60,470 nt of DNA, taken from an uncultured Veillonella sp. GTDB lineage: Bacteria; Bacillota; Negativicutes; Veillonellales; Veillonellaceae. The notes under the pieces were generated by a model. The model searched no databases. It worked only from the letters and a program-made list of their open reading frames with translations, and was not told where the DNA came from. Below, in pieces: positions 18,330-28,482 of the stretch. The translations under genes were made by a program, and so were the position numbers. Every line of letters starts with the position of its first letter. The stretch's first letter is position 1. Where the stretch lies: contig NZ_CALLVP010000065.1 of NCBI RefSeq assembly GCF_938010505.1, forward strand, positions 1-60,470, written 5' to 3'.

Positions 18330-18569
18330 CACCCTTAAAAGATGAAACTGCTATTTAGAGTGGAATAAATACTAACGTATTCACATGATCTGCCATAATC
18401 TCCCCCTCAATAATCTTGCCCACTTATATTCACATAAACGCCTTAATATTTCACGTAAACTATTTCTGTATTGATTATATATAACTTTACGTCTATACTT
18501 AGGTGTAAATACTATGTGGTATTTGCATAACCATTTTGTGTGCGCAAGACTCTGTGTCTTTGTTGCCAT
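18330..18569 (-). pseudogene. tnpA: IS200/IS605 TnpA (Y1 transposase), frameshifted and truncated
   Basis: SLAHTKWLCKYHIVFTPKYRRKVIY...LCEYK; continues in another frame as KIIEGEIMADHVNTLV (decayed HUH) and then stops. Confidence 0.85.
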
Positions 18570-18710
18570 ATAAAATCACCTTTCTTTTGCATATAATGCG
18601 GCTTGAACACCTACATTATACTTAAGCAAGGTGATTTTTTATATAGCTTTCATTGCCACACCCGCATAACGGGTAGTTTTATGGCTCGCGACTACGTCGC
18701 GAACCAGTCT
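18330..18710 (-). mobile_element. IS200-family remnant including the left-end hairpins
   Basis: tnpA fragment; long leader inverted repeat AAAATCACCTT...AAGGTGATTTT covering the RBS; hairpins ACCCG-CATAA-CGGGT and TCGCGAC-TAC-GTCGCGA. Confidence 0.75.
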
Positions 18711-18722
18711 AAAGACAATAAT

Positions 18723-18756
18723 AAAATAAGCCACCGCATCATATGCAGTGGCTATT
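18723..18756 (-). terminator. Terminator-like hairpin downstream of the tRNA operon
   Basis: AGCCAC(C)GCAT / ATGC(A)GTGGCT with A-tract. Confidence 0.55.
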
Positions 18757-18771
18757 ATAACCCTCATATAA

Positions 18772-18816
18772 AAGGGGCAAATATTTATTATTTAAAGGGG
18801 CAAATAAGGGGCAAAT
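18772..18816. repeat. Three direct AAGGGGCAAAT repeats (integrase arm-type-like sites)
   Basis: Copies at about 18772, 18795 and 18806, roughly 105-150 bp from the tRNA-Leu 3' end. Confidence 0.6.
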
Positions 18817-18921
18817 TGTTGTTGCAATGCGTTACTCTTTATCTTTCAAATATCCTTGTAAATGCTTTATCTGTTACGATTTATTACAACTCGTTACAAT
18901 CTGTTAATCAGCAAGTAGAAA

Positions 18922-19007
18922 TGGTGCGGTTGGAGGGACTTGAACCCTCACGAGCGTACGCTCACCACCCCCTCAAGATGGCGTGTCTGCCATTCCACCA
19001 CAACCGC
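18922..19007 (-). tRNA. tRNA-Leu(GAG)
   Basis: Cloverleaf with long variable arm, anticodon GAG, GGTTCAAGTCC, CCA end. Confidence 0.95.
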
Positions 19008-19019
19008 ATGGAATACAAA

Positions 19020-19095
<76 letters not shown>

Positions 19096-19100
19096 ATAAA

Positions 19101-19176
19101 TGGCGACCCCGATCAGATTTGAACTGACGATCTTCGCCGTGACAGGGCGACATGTTAACCGCTACACCACGGGGCC
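19101..19176 (-). tRNA. tRNA-Asp(GTC)
   Basis: 76-nt cloverleaf, anticodon GTC, CCA end. Confidence 0.95.
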
Positions 19177-19205
19177 GCGTATCAACTCTCGTTGACTACT
19201 TGTAC

Positions 19206-19234
19206 ATAATATCATGGATTTAAGACCATTGCAA
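19206..19234 (-). promoter_or_regulatory. tRNA operon promoter
   Basis: TTGCAA-N17-TATTAT with TGn. Confidence 0.75.
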
Positions 19235-19461
19235 CTATTTTTTCAAAAAAATATTATTACAAAAGTATTAAAATTATTGATTATATTTGATAATCCCTAC
19301 TTTATGGCTTTTATAAGGGAGTTTATCTACTAAATTAAACGTATTCATACTTTATCGCCACAATTCATCAGTTTTCGCATAAGTGCAAAATATCACAATA
19401 TACTTTACTTCATATGCTACAATATGTATATAATCGGTATAAAAAATAACTATCTAGAAAC

Positions 19462-20097
19462 ATGAAAGGATTCGCTGTGAATAAGTTCAATTCAAAAGGT
19501 GTTATTATCGCCCTTATTATCGCTATTGTAGGCGCACTGGCTGCAGCATGGTACTTCTTGTGGTATGTGCCACATACACCGGCTTACACATTAAAAATCA
19601 TTCACAAAGCAGTACAAGATAAAGATGCAGACGAAGTATTGCGCCACGTAGATATAAAATCCATCGTAAAAAATATCGTAGAGCGAGAAGGCAATAAGTA
19701 TGTCGATACGTCTAATCCACTTGGTAAAGCTACAATAGCAGCCACAAAAACATTTGGACCTGCGCTTATCGAAGATGTATTGCGAAAGTATATCGAAGAT
19801 CCAGATAGCTTTAAATCTGAGCCACCTACCAATAATACTACAACTCAAAACGATGATAATAAGTCCATGGTAGATCGCCTCGTAGAAGGTCGTCTATTTA
19901 AACAACACGATGTAGAAATTAAAGACTTAAAATCGGAAGATAATGGTAATACGGCTACCGTAACTGTAACGATACAAAACAATAAAAAGAATATGACAAA
20001 AGATGTAAGAGTTTTGATGCGTTACTTAGGGGACGGAACATGGGTTATTTACGATATTCCTGACATCGAGGACTTATATACGATCACCTGTAAGTAA
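19462..20097 (+). CDS. Membrane-anchored hypothetical protein (DUF2939-like)
   Basis: N-terminal TM, then TPAYTL..I..AV...D......HVD; the start may be GTG 19477. Confidence 0.75.
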   Translation: MKGFAVNKFNSKGVIIALIIAIVGALAAAWYFLWYVPHTPAYTLKIIHKAVQDKDADEVLRHVDIKSIVKNIVEREGNKYVDTSNPLGKATIAATKTFGPALIEDVLRKYIEDPDSFKSEPPTNNTTTQNDDNKSMVDRLVEGRLFKQHDVEIKDLKSEDNGNTATVTVTIQNNKKNMTKDVRVLMRYLGDGTWVIYDIPDIEDLYTITCK

Positions 20098-20131
20098 ACA
20101 TCACTCAATATATAATTTAAAATACATCTAT

Positions 20132-20199
20132 AAAGGATACCAGCCCTACAAAATCTCCAAAGCGAGCCAAGTTGATTTTGTAGGGCTGGTATCTTTTTT
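20132..20199. terminator. Bidirectional terminator
   Basis: GATACCAGCCCTACAAAATC / GATTTTGTAGGGCTGGTATC with T-tract. Confidence 0.8.
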
Positions 20200-20223
20200 A
20201 TATCACTTCATACCATATATTAG

Positions 20224-20601
20224 TTAACGATTAAAGTCTACGATTGCCAAGGTTACAGTTACTTGCGAAATAAGGCGTTGTGCATCATCAATCATATCAA
20301 AGCGCCAAACGTGGGAGGTTTTGCCTTTCAATAGTAGCGTACCTAAAGCTGTTAAATCTCCTTCGCATTTTACAGGGCGCAAGTGGTTCGCAGTTATAGA
20401 CTGGCCTACACCAAATTTATGAGAGCCTACCAATTCATTGCTCATCATTCCTGCAATAATTTCTGCAAAAGCTAATGTAGCACCACCGTTTAAATAGCCT
20501 TGTGGTTGTTTGTGAAACTCAGTTAAATTCATTTTTGCAATACATGTGGTATCACTCGTCATACGAGGAGCATCAATTTGTAAGGATTCAATTAAATTCA
20601 T
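20224..20601 (-). CDS. menI: PaaI-family thioesterase, probable DHNA-CoA hydrolase
   Basis: HKQPQGYLNGGATLAFAE hotdog motif; last gene of the men operon. Confidence 0.8.
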   Translation of the reverse strand: MNLIESLQIDAPRMTSDTTCIAKMNLTEFHKQPQGYLNGGATLAFAEIIAGMMSNELVGSHKFGVGQSITANHLRPVKCEGDLTALGTLLLKGKTSHVWRFDMIDDAQRLISQVTVTLAIVDFNR

Positions 20602-21749
20602 AGTGTTCGTTTCTCCACACAATACGCGTCTAGTCTATCATCAAAGACTGTTACACCTAGTCCATCTCCATTGGGAACATGCATAACACCATTTTTAAAT
20701 GTTAAATCTGGATAGATAAGATCTCGTTCAAAATATCTATTTGAGTCAGATAAATCACCTGCCATATAGGAATCTCCCAATGCAGCTAGTTGGACGTGAA
20801 GCATTTTAGAAACACCTGACTCAACCATGCTCCCTATCCAATATGGAATGTGACGTTCTCTACATAGATTAATAGCCGCCTTTGTTGGAATAAGGCCGCC
20901 CATTCGCCCTACTTTTACATTCAACACATCGATTAAGTCATATTCAATAGCATAGGACAAATCATCATACCCTAAGATGGACTCATCCAAACAAATTGGC
21001 GTATAGATTTTCCAATCACCATTATTAAGACGCTCCCACTTCCAATCTTTATAGGATTGAAGGGTTGTCATAGCAAAGGGTTCTTCAATACAAGTCAAGT
21101 TTAAATCATTATATTGGCGGACCTTTTCTATTTCATCATAGGAATAGCTTTGATTCGCATCAGCCGCTAAGACTAAATCTGGGTAATGTTTGCGAACTAA
21201 AGCTAGACGTTCATAACCATCTACAGGATTTACCTTTAATTTAATCCGCTTACAACCACTTATAACATGGCGCTCTACAATATCGAGTAATTTATCTATT
21301 GGTACATCACCGACAACGACACCACTTTCAATAGTATCTTGTAAAGCTTGTCCCATAATATAAGAAACAGAGTTTACACCTACCCGTTCGCAATGAAGAT
21401 GAATGAGCGCATTTTCTAGAGCCGCAATGGCCATAGGCATATTATCTCGATTGAGCCAAAACTGTAATTGTCGAACATAGGTCATGAGCGGTTTAGGGCG
21501 CATCAAGCGCAAATTAAAGATATAATCATCTACTAAGGTTTTCCAACAGGTTTCTACGGTCTCAAATGTATAGAATGGCTCTGTGAAAGCTACGCATTCC
21601 CCATACCCTACATAACCTTGTTGATCCTCGATACGGATTACGATGGTTTCCCGCTCTTTTACCTCCCCCTTGGCGGTCTTGAAGTTAAAGTTCAGCGGCA
21701 ATTTAAGGCGATATGTAGTTATACTTTTAAAGTTTAAAATATCATTCAT
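20598..21749 (-). CDS. menC: o-succinylbenzoate synthase
   Basis: Enolase superfamily: KLKV, DAN, IEEP, LDES, GSMVESG. Confidence 0.9.
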   Translation of the reverse strand: MNDILNFKSITTYRLKLPLNFNFKTAKGEVKERETIVIRIEDQQGYVGYGECVAFTEPFYTFETVETCWKTLVDDYIFNLRLMRPKPLMTYVRQLQFWLNRDNMPMAIAALENALIHLHCERVGVNSVSYIMGQALQDTIESGVVVGDVPIDKLLDIVERHVISGCKRIKLKVNPVDGYERLALVRKHYPDLVLAADANQSYSYDEIEKVRQYNDLNLTCIEEPFAMTTLQSYKDWKWERLNNGDWKIYTPICLDESILGYDDLSYAIEYDLIDVLNVKVGRMGGLIPTKAAINLCRERHIPYWIGSMVESGVSKMLHVQLAALGDSYMAGDLSDSNRYFERDLIYPDLTFKNGVMHVPNGDGLGVTVFDDRLDAYCVEKRTL

Positions 21750-21756
21750 AGGCGCC

Positions 21757-23241
21757 TCAATTTTCTAATTTCAGTTCATTGCGCAATATTTTTCCTGTTC
21801 CATTTCGAGGCAAAGCAGTCAAGACTTTTACATATTTTGGAACCTTATATTTTGCTAAAGAATTAGTCATAAAGTCTATAATGTCATCTGTAGTCATGCT
21901 TTTACCATCATGAAAGGCCACAAAGAGCGCTGGCACTTGCCCCCATTTATCATCCGGTACAGGAACAACCGCACATTCTTTCACTGCTGGTAATGTATAC
22001 ACTAAATCCTCTAGTTCCTTAGGGTAAATATTTTCACCCCCAGAAATGATGAGATCCTTACGGCGATTCAAAATATAAACAAAGCCATCCTCATCGATGT
22101 AACCAATATCATCTGTATTAAAGTCTCCATCGATAGGTTCCTTGTTGATATACCCAGACATAACCATCGGGCCAGTCAAATGAATTTCGCCTACCCCATC
22201 CGCATCAGGGTTATCGATGCGAACCTGCATACTAGGCAATGGCTTACCTACAGATTCTCGTTTATCAGGATAATCCAATACCGAGAAGGTCACGCTTTGA
22301 CTAAAGGTTTCCGTCATACCGTAAGTCTTATAGATAGGCAAGGATTTCTTTTCACAAGCATCGATTAGCGCCATCGGAATGAACTCTCCACCAAGCAAGA
22401 TAACACGTAATACATGGTGCGTAATATGCGGCTCTAATTGAGTCAAAATGGTAGGCACTAAGGACATCATATTGATTTGCTCAGTTTCTATGAGTTTTAG
22501 AACTTGAGCTTCATCATATTTAGACAAAATAGTGACAGCCATCCCATTATAAAGAGACCTCATCAAGATAGATAAACCACTCACATGAAACAGAGGCAGT
22601 ACCATTAGCCAATTATCCTGCTCTGTTTTCCCTAGTACCTCTTGGGATGCTTGTACATGAGCTTTAATTTGTCCCCATCGAAGCGGTACAGCCTTAAATT
22701 GCCCCGTAGTAGCGCTCGTATTCATGATAGCAGCTATGTCTGTGTCCGCAAAGGTCCAATCAAAGGAGTCCTCGACTGCTAAATCTGATAGAATTCTTTC
22801 TAGAGTTTCAAACTCAATTGTAACAATTGAATTAGAGACCTCCGAATCAACGGAATGAGATAATTGATTTTCAACAGAATCTGATACTATAGGATCAACT
22901 AAATTTGATACTTGAGTTTCGATGGTATCAGGCAATTGATTACGTCGTTCTTTACTATGTAATACGGTGGTGATACCTAATTGATCCAATTGGTTCGCTA
23001 TTTCGTTTGGCTTAAGATGTACATTGAGTAAAAGTACCTCTTTATGAACTAGCATAGCGCCCAACACATACATTGCCATGGTCACAGAGTTATCGGATAC
23101 GATAGCCACACGAGATGCATCTAAAGGCGCTAAATTACGAGCTACATGAAGTACACCGCGGTATATATCGTTATAAGTATATTCATTTATACATTTACGA
23201 TTAGGATAGTGCTGTGCACCATGGCGTAACCACTCCATCAT
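21757..23241 (-). CDS. menE: o-succinylbenzoate-CoA ligase
   Basis: TSATTG, YGMTET, SGGENIYP, GKI adenylate-forming motifs; operon context. Confidence 0.9.
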   Translation of the reverse strand: MMEWLRHGAQHYPNRKCINEYTYNDIYRGVLHVARNLAPLDASRVAIVSDNSVTMAMYVLGAMLVHKEVLLLNVHLKPNEIANQLDQLGITTVLHSKERRNQLPDTIETQVSNLVDPIVSDSVENQLSHSVDSEVSNSIVTIEFETLERILSDLAVEDSFDWTFADTDIAAIMNTSATTGQFKAVPLRWGQIKAHVQASQEVLGKTEQDNWLMVLPLFHVSGLSILMRSLYNGMAVTILSKYDEAQVLKLIETEQINMMSLVPTILTQLEPHITHHVLRVILLGGEFIPMALIDACEKKSLPIYKTYGMTETFSQSVTFSVLDYPDKRESVGKPLPSMQVRIDNPDADGVGEIHLTGPMVMSGYINKEPIDGDFNTDDIGYIDEDGFVYILNRRKDLIISGGENIYPKELEDLVYTLPAVKECAVVPVPDDKWGQVPALFVAFHDGKSMTTDDIIDFMTNSLAKYKVPKYVKVLTALPRNGTGKILRNELKLEN

Positions 23242-23259
23242 CTCACCTCGTATCTAGAT

Positions 23260-23350
23260 CTAATCACTAATAAGTAATCACTAATTACCAATAAGTAATA
23301 AGTAATAAGCAATAAATTAATAAATAATAAGTAGTAAGTAATAACTAAAA
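23260..23350. repeat. Degenerate 7-bp tandem repeat (TAATAAG-like)
   Basis: taatcac taataag taatcac taattac caataag taataag taataag caataaa ... in the menB-menE spacer. Confidence 0.75.
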
Positions 23351-23469
23351 TGTAATAATTGAACTATGATAAATAAAGAGATATTACAAGAAAGGCGCCT
23401 CATGTAGAGGCGCACTTGTCGTTTTAACAGTTAATATAATCCGTAATATAGGACTGTATCGACTCCCTA

Positions 23470-24312
23470 TTAAGGGAATTTAGGGAATTGTTTGAAGTTA
23501 GGTTTGCGTTTTTCCTTGAACGCGTCGCGACCTTCTTTAGCTTCATCGATTGTGTAGTACATCAATGTAGCGTCCCCTGCAAATTGTTGTAAACCTGCAA
23601 GACCATCTGTATCGGCATTGAAGGCACCTTTCAACATGCGCAATGCCATTGGGGATAATTCAAGGATTTCGCTACACCATTGTACTGTTTCTTCTTCCAA
23701 TTTATCGAATGGTACCACAGTATTAACCATGCCCATTTCATAAGCTTGAGCTGCAGTGTATTGTCGGCACAAGAACCATACTTCGCGAGCGCGTTTGTGA
23801 CCGATCATGCGAGCCAAATAACCTGCCCCATAACCAGCATCGAAGGAACCTACACGAGGACCAGTTTGACCGAATTTAGCATTTTCAGAAGCGATGGTAA
23901 GGTCACATACGATGTGCAACACATGACCGCCACCGATAGCATAACCATTAACCATAGCGATAACAGGTTTAGGAATAACGCGAATCAAGCGTTGTAAATC
24001 GAGAACGTTCAAGCGAGGTACATTATCGTCACCTACATAACCACCGTGACCACGTACGCTTTGGTCACCGCCGGAGCAGAACGCTTCTTTATCTTCGCCT
24101 TTTCCGTGGTTAGCACCAGTCAATACGATTACGCCTACTTCGTTATCTTCACGAGCTACTGTGAAAGCATCAATTAACTCTATTACCGTTTTAGGACGGA
24201 ATGCGTTGCGCACTTCTGGACGGTTAATAGTAATCTTTGCAATGCCATTATATGTTTCGTAAATTACATCTTCATAATTACGATCCAATACTTTCCAATC
24301 AAATTTGCTCAT
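23470..24312 (-). CDS. menB: 1,4-dihydroxy-2-naphthoyl-CoA synthase
   Basis: [33 protein letters not shown]. Confidence 0.97.
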   Translation of the reverse strand: MSKFDWKVLDRNYEDVIYETYNGIAKITINRPEVRNAFRPKTVIELIDAFTVAREDNEVGVIVLTGANHGKGEDKEAFCSGGDQSVRGHGGYVGDDNVPRLNVLDLQRLIRVIPKPVIAMVNGYAIGGGHVLHIVCDLTIASENAKFGQTGPRVGSFDAGYGAGYLARMIGHKRAREVWFLCRQYTAAQAYEMGMVNTVVPFDKLEEETVQWCSEILELSPMALRMLKGAFNADTDGLAGLQQFAGDATLMYYTIDEAKEGRDAFKEKRKPNFKQFPKFP

Positions 24313-24316
24313 GGAC

Positions 24317-25177
24317 TTAACCTTTCTTCTGTAAAAAATCTAACACCGCTCGTTCAAAAATCTGCGGTTTCTCTATATGTACATTATGCCCCGCCCCTTC
24401 GACGATGACATGATTAAATCTTGGCAACTTGCCAAATACATCTCTTCCTATTGTAGTATATTTTGTATCTAATGCGCCACTCACATATAAACCATTAACA
24501 GAGAATTTTTCTAATTTATCGCCTACATAAGACATTACGCCCTGCCCTGAGCCACGCAATGTACAGGCTAAGGCGTACGTGCTATTATTGGATCGACGTA
24601 GATAGATTAATTCCTCTACCCCTTCTGAAAGTTGTTTTTGACTTTCAAAAATAGGAACCTCTGCCCATCGTGTAGCAAACCAAGCGCCATCATGCTCTTC
24701 GATGTGACTCGCTAAGTCTTCATCAGCCTTACGGCGTTCAGCTCGCTCAACATCAGAAGCGATACCTACAGAGCCACTTTCAAGAACGATACCTTTGATT
24801 TCACGTTCGTAGTGCAAAGCATAAGAAAGCGCAATACGCGCACCCATGGAATAACCCATGAGGTAATAGCTTTCACCAACCATATGATAAATAACTGTAT
24901 GCAAATCCTCTATCATTTGAGGAATTGTATAGGCCTTATCCTCATCAGGAATATCTGAATCACCATGGCCGATCAAATCGATACGGACCACACGATACCC
25001 CGGCAGATTAATAGAATCCCAAGTGTAGCTTGATTCAGAAAAACCATGGAAACATACAATGGGTTCACCGTCTCCAACCACAGTCAAACCGTAGCGGTAC
25101 TCACCCAAGTCAAAATACATACGCTGAGCTGGATTACATAAAGCATTATCTACAATACTGCAAAAATACTGACTCAT
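24317..25177 (-). CDS. menH: SHCHC synthase (alpha/beta hydrolase)
   Basis: HGF, DLIGHG, GYSMGAR, GHNVH. Confidence 0.9.
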   Translation of the reverse strand: MSQYFCSIVDNALCNPAQRMYFDLGEYRYGLTVVGDGEPIVCFHGFSESSYTWDSINLPGYRVVRIDLIGHGDSDIPDEDKAYTIPQMIEDLHTVIYHMVGESYYLMGYSMGARIALSYALHYEREIKGIVLESGSVGIASDVERAERRKADEDLASHIEEHDGAWFATRWAEVPIFESQKQLSEGVEELIYLRRSNNSTYALACTLRGSGQGVMSYVGDKLEKFSVNGLYVSGALDTKYTTIGRDVFGKLPRFNHVIVEGAGHNVHIEKPQIFERAVLDFLQKKG

Positions 25178-27036
25178 AGTAATGCCTCCATATCAACTGA
25201 AACTTTTGTATATTTCTTATGTAACTGTCGACTATATTCCCGGTCTGTAGGTATTTCAATGATATGAACACCAGATTCCGTGCTAACGTTAGCTAATACA
25301 CGACTCAATTCATCAGGACTAGAGATTTTAGTGTGCCCACAGCCATAGAGTTTAGCGGCCCCACTATAATCTAAACCTTGTGACGTAGAGAACAAGTAAT
25401 CAAAATGCTTTGTCCCCTTTTGTGGTAAGTATTCAAAAATGCCGCCTCCATCGTTATTATGCAAAATAATCGTCAAATTTAGATTATGCGTTTTAGCGAC
25501 CGCTAAGCCGTTTAGATCATGGAACAAAGACAAATCTCCCGTTACAAGATATGTAGATTTACCATTTGTGGCAAGACCTAGTGCAGTTGAAACGGTACCA
25601 TCAATACCATTAACACCACGATTACCGTAAAGAATAGCATCGGATTCACCAGAGAACCAGAAATAATCAAAGTCGCGAATGGTCATACTATTAGCCACTA
25701 GCACTTGGCTATTGTCAGGGATATGTTGTTGCAACTCGCGTATCGTGCGCCCTTCAAAACAGCTTGGTTCTTCTATGGCTGTACTTAGTTGAGCTTTACC
25801 AGCTGCTTCTAAACTTTGCCATCTATTAAGATATGCATTAGATTCGTTCTTTTCAGCGTACAAATGCGTAAACATATCGATGCTTGCTTGCATGTGTATG
25901 GTGGTTTTCCCCGTTGGATTCATGGAGTCCATTGTAGGATTTATCTCTATATACTCCACATTATCCCAACTTGCCACCATCTGTTGCACGCGTTTAGACA
26001 CAACCATTTGGCCAAACTGAATCACGCAATCCGGCTTTAGTACAGGCCATAGGTCTTTATCGGCTAAAAATGCATCATACGTTGAAATCACAACATCAGG
26101 AGACTGTTTTTCCTGAGTCATATCTGTATCATTGCTACGATTGATATTAAATTCATGATTGGCATCAATAGCATCAGTCTTATGATAGCGTCTTACATTG
26201 GACAATGGATCCGCCAAGATAGGTGCTTGTAAGTTCTCCGCAAAGGAGTGAATAGATTCAACCTCATCTACATCGATTTGTGGACCAGCTAAAATAAGGA
26301 CTTTCTTATATTGTGCAAGCAATGGATTAGTGTTATTAGTACTATTATCAGTAGTATTTTTAGTATAGCTTACATTTCTTATATTACTTGCTTTACTTAC
26401 GTTACTTGGATTACTTGTATTATTACTTTTATTCTGGTAGCTGAATACATCACCGTAATTAGGTTTAAATACTTTGTAAGGGCTACGTCCCGCTTCAAAG
26501 TGTTTACCATCCAGTTCAGGCACTAAGGGCTCAAAGAGAGGTACATTGATATGAACGGGCCCTTTTTTAGTATCCATAGCTTTCATATACGCCTTGCGAG
26601 CTACTTGGCGTGGATATGTGTAGTAATGATCCTCTTGAGGCACCGCTAGTTCTTCGTAGTAATTTACAGCTGTACCAAAAATCTTTTGTTGATCTACTGT
26701 TTGTGGAGCCCCTACATGTAACAAAGTATGAGGTCGATCAGCAGATAATACGATAAGAGGTACCCCACTATATTGAGCCTCTAATATAGCGGGCAAATAA
26801 TGAGCCTCTGCCGAACCAGATGTACAAACTAGTACAGTTGGTTTTTTATGAGCCTTTGCAATGCCAAGCGCCATAAAGCTAGCAGAGCGCTCATCTATAT
26901 TCATATATGTTTCAAAGCCTTCATACTCCGTGAAAAGCATAGCCATCGTCGTAGAACGCGATCCAGGGCTAAACACTGCATGACGGACGCCGAGTTGGTA
27001 AAACTCATCTACCAAGGCAGCAATATATTCGTTCAT
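25174..27036 (-). CDS. menD: SEPHCHC synthase
   Basis: SPGSRS, DERSA, CTSGS, NRGVNGIDG, GDLSLFHD, NNDGGGIF. Confidence 0.95.
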   Translation of the reverse strand: MNEYIAALVDEFYQLGVRHAVFSPGSRSTTMAMLFTEYEGFETYMNIDERSASFMALGIAKAHKKPTVLVCTSGSAEAHYLPAILEAQYSGVPLIVLSADRPHTLLHVGAPQTVDQQKIFGTAVNYYEELAVPQEDHYYTYPRQVARKAYMKAMDTKKGPVHINVPLFEPLVPELDGKHFEAGRSPYKVFKPNYGDVFSYQNKSNNTSNPSNVSKASNIRNVSYTKNTTDNSTNNTNPLLAQYKKVLILAGPQIDVDEVESIHSFAENLQAPILADPLSNVRRYHKTDAIDANHEFNINRSNDTDMTQEKQSPDVVISTYDAFLADKDLWPVLKPDCVIQFGQMVVSKRVQQMVASWDNVEYIEINPTMDSMNPTGKTTIHMQASIDMFTHLYAEKNESNAYLNRWQSLEAAGKAQLSTAIEEPSCFEGRTIRELQQHIPDNSQVLVANSMTIRDFDYFWFSGESDAILYGNRGVNGIDGTVSTALGLATNGKSTYLVTGDLSLFHDLNGLAVAKTHNLNLTIILHNNDGGGIFEYLPQKGTKHFDYLFSTSQGLDYSGAAKLYGCGHTKISSPDELSRVLANVSTESGVHIIEIPTDREYSRQLHKKYTKVSVDMEALL

Positions 27037-27076
27037 TATATTCCCTTTCAACAACTTCTAAGGGTTTGGAAATGTA

Positions 27077-28219
27077 TTATAACGCATCCAAAATAGTGCG
27101 CATTTTATTATTAGTTTCTGCATATTCTTCATCCGCATCAGAATCAGCGACAACGCCGCATCCAGCATAGGCATAAAGAATATTATTCATGATGAGTGCA
27201 GATCGAATAGCCACAACGACGATGCCGTCTCCCATGTCCTTCATAAAGCCAAAAGGCGCTGCATACATACCACGCTCATGAGCTTCGTACTTTTGTAGCA
27301 ATGCCAACGCCTTTTCTCGCGGTTCACCGCCGAGAGCTGGTGTAGGATGTAGCAATTTTGCCCATTCCACGAGGGATTTTGTGCTATCCTTTGCGGTAAT
27401 AATAGTGCGCAAGTGATAGAGATGAGCCAGCTCCATGATGCCCGTTTCACCTATGGTAACATCAGGTGTTATAGACTCCATTGTTTTCACGATACGATCG
27501 CGCACGATATTATGTTCAAAGAGATTTTTCTTATCTGTTAACAGTTGTTCCTTAGTCCACGCATTTGATCCATGTTTAGGAGCTGTCCCCGCCAAGGCAT
27601 AACTGAGAATTTCACTACCTCGATGGCGAACTAGAATCTCTGGCGATGCGCCCACAAAGGTACGTCCATTCTTTTCGTAACCAAAGATAAAGCAATTTGG
27701 ATTATTATCTACCAAATTTGCCAAAATACTCGCCACATTGTATGGTGTTTCGCTAGTGAACTGTACCTCTCGAGAAGAAACGACCTTTGTCATTTCACCA
27801 CTGCTAATGCCGTCAGCGATAGCATTCATCAAACTATCCCAAGCAGCCTTATCATCACTAGTTTCCTTGTAGGTATGGCGAACTCGAGGCACCTCGAAAT
27901 CTGTAATAGGGACGCTTTCACCAGCGTGCAAGTAGAAAGATTTCCCATTTTCTACGATGTAGTAATGGGTGAAAGCAATCATTTCATGGCCCATGCCAGC
28001 CCATTTGGGGTCCTTGGAGTTCTCAAAAAAAGTATCCCCATAAAACACGTAAGCGTAATTATGGCGGTCCTCATCATCTTTAACCGTCACCAGACGTTTA
28101 GCGCCTACAACGATGCGGTCACTTTGACGATCTACCCAGAATACGCGTTCTTCGTTGGGGAAATTCAGCCAAAAGGCTACCGGACTATTCAGTTCTAACG
28201 GTTCTTTATTATATATCAT
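27077..28219 (-). CDS. menF: Isochorismate synthase
   Basis: GASPE, ALAGT, EHNIV, LHPTPALGG, VAIRSA, AGCGVV. Confidence 0.92.
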   Translation of the reverse strand: MIYNKEPLELNSPVAFWLNFPNEERVFWVDRQSDRIVVGAKRLVTVKDDEDRHNYAYVFYGDTFFENSKDPKWAGMGHEMIAFTHYYIVENGKSFYLHAGESVPITDFEVPRVRHTYKETSDDKAAWDSLMNAIADGISSGEMTKVVSSREVQFTSETPYNVASILANLVDNNPNCFIFGYEKNGRTFVGASPEILVRHRGSEILSYALAGTAPKHGSNAWTKEQLLTDKKNLFEHNIVRDRIVKTMESITPDVTIGETGIMELAHLYHLRTIITAKDSTKSLVEWAKLLHPTPALGGEPREKALALLQKYEAHERGMYAAPFGFMKDMGDGIVVVAIRSALIMNNILYAYAGCGVVADSDADEEYAETNNKMRTILDAL

Positions 28220-28257
28220 AGTTGTATATCGCTATAAAAAAATAAAATAGACTATAG

Positions 28258-28387
28258 TAAAAACACCTAACGTTTAGAAGATTTACTTCTACACGTCAGG
28301 CGTCATCAATAAGTTTCCAAATTTTTGAGATGAGCCTAACGCCATCACACGTCGATGGGCCCTCTTTATATCTAATTTATTATATCA
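28258..28387 (-). promoter_or_regulatory. men operon leader: extended -10 promoter and terminator/antiterminator
   Basis: TGaTATAAT at 28379-28387; terminator ACGCCUGACGU..ACGUUAGGUGU-UUUU; competing upstream arm GCGUUAGGCUCAUC. Confidence 0.6.
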
Positions 28388-28413
28388 CAGGTAACCATTA
28401 AAATGTAGAAAAT

Positions 28414-28458
28414 AAAAACCTCTACACCGCATGCGTTATGCATGAATGTAGAGGTTTT
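28414..28458 (-). terminator. pur operon terminator
   Basis: AAAACCTCTACA...TGTAGAGGTTTT. Confidence 0.8.
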
Positions 28459-28482
28459 CATTATATTTAAAATGTTGTTACT

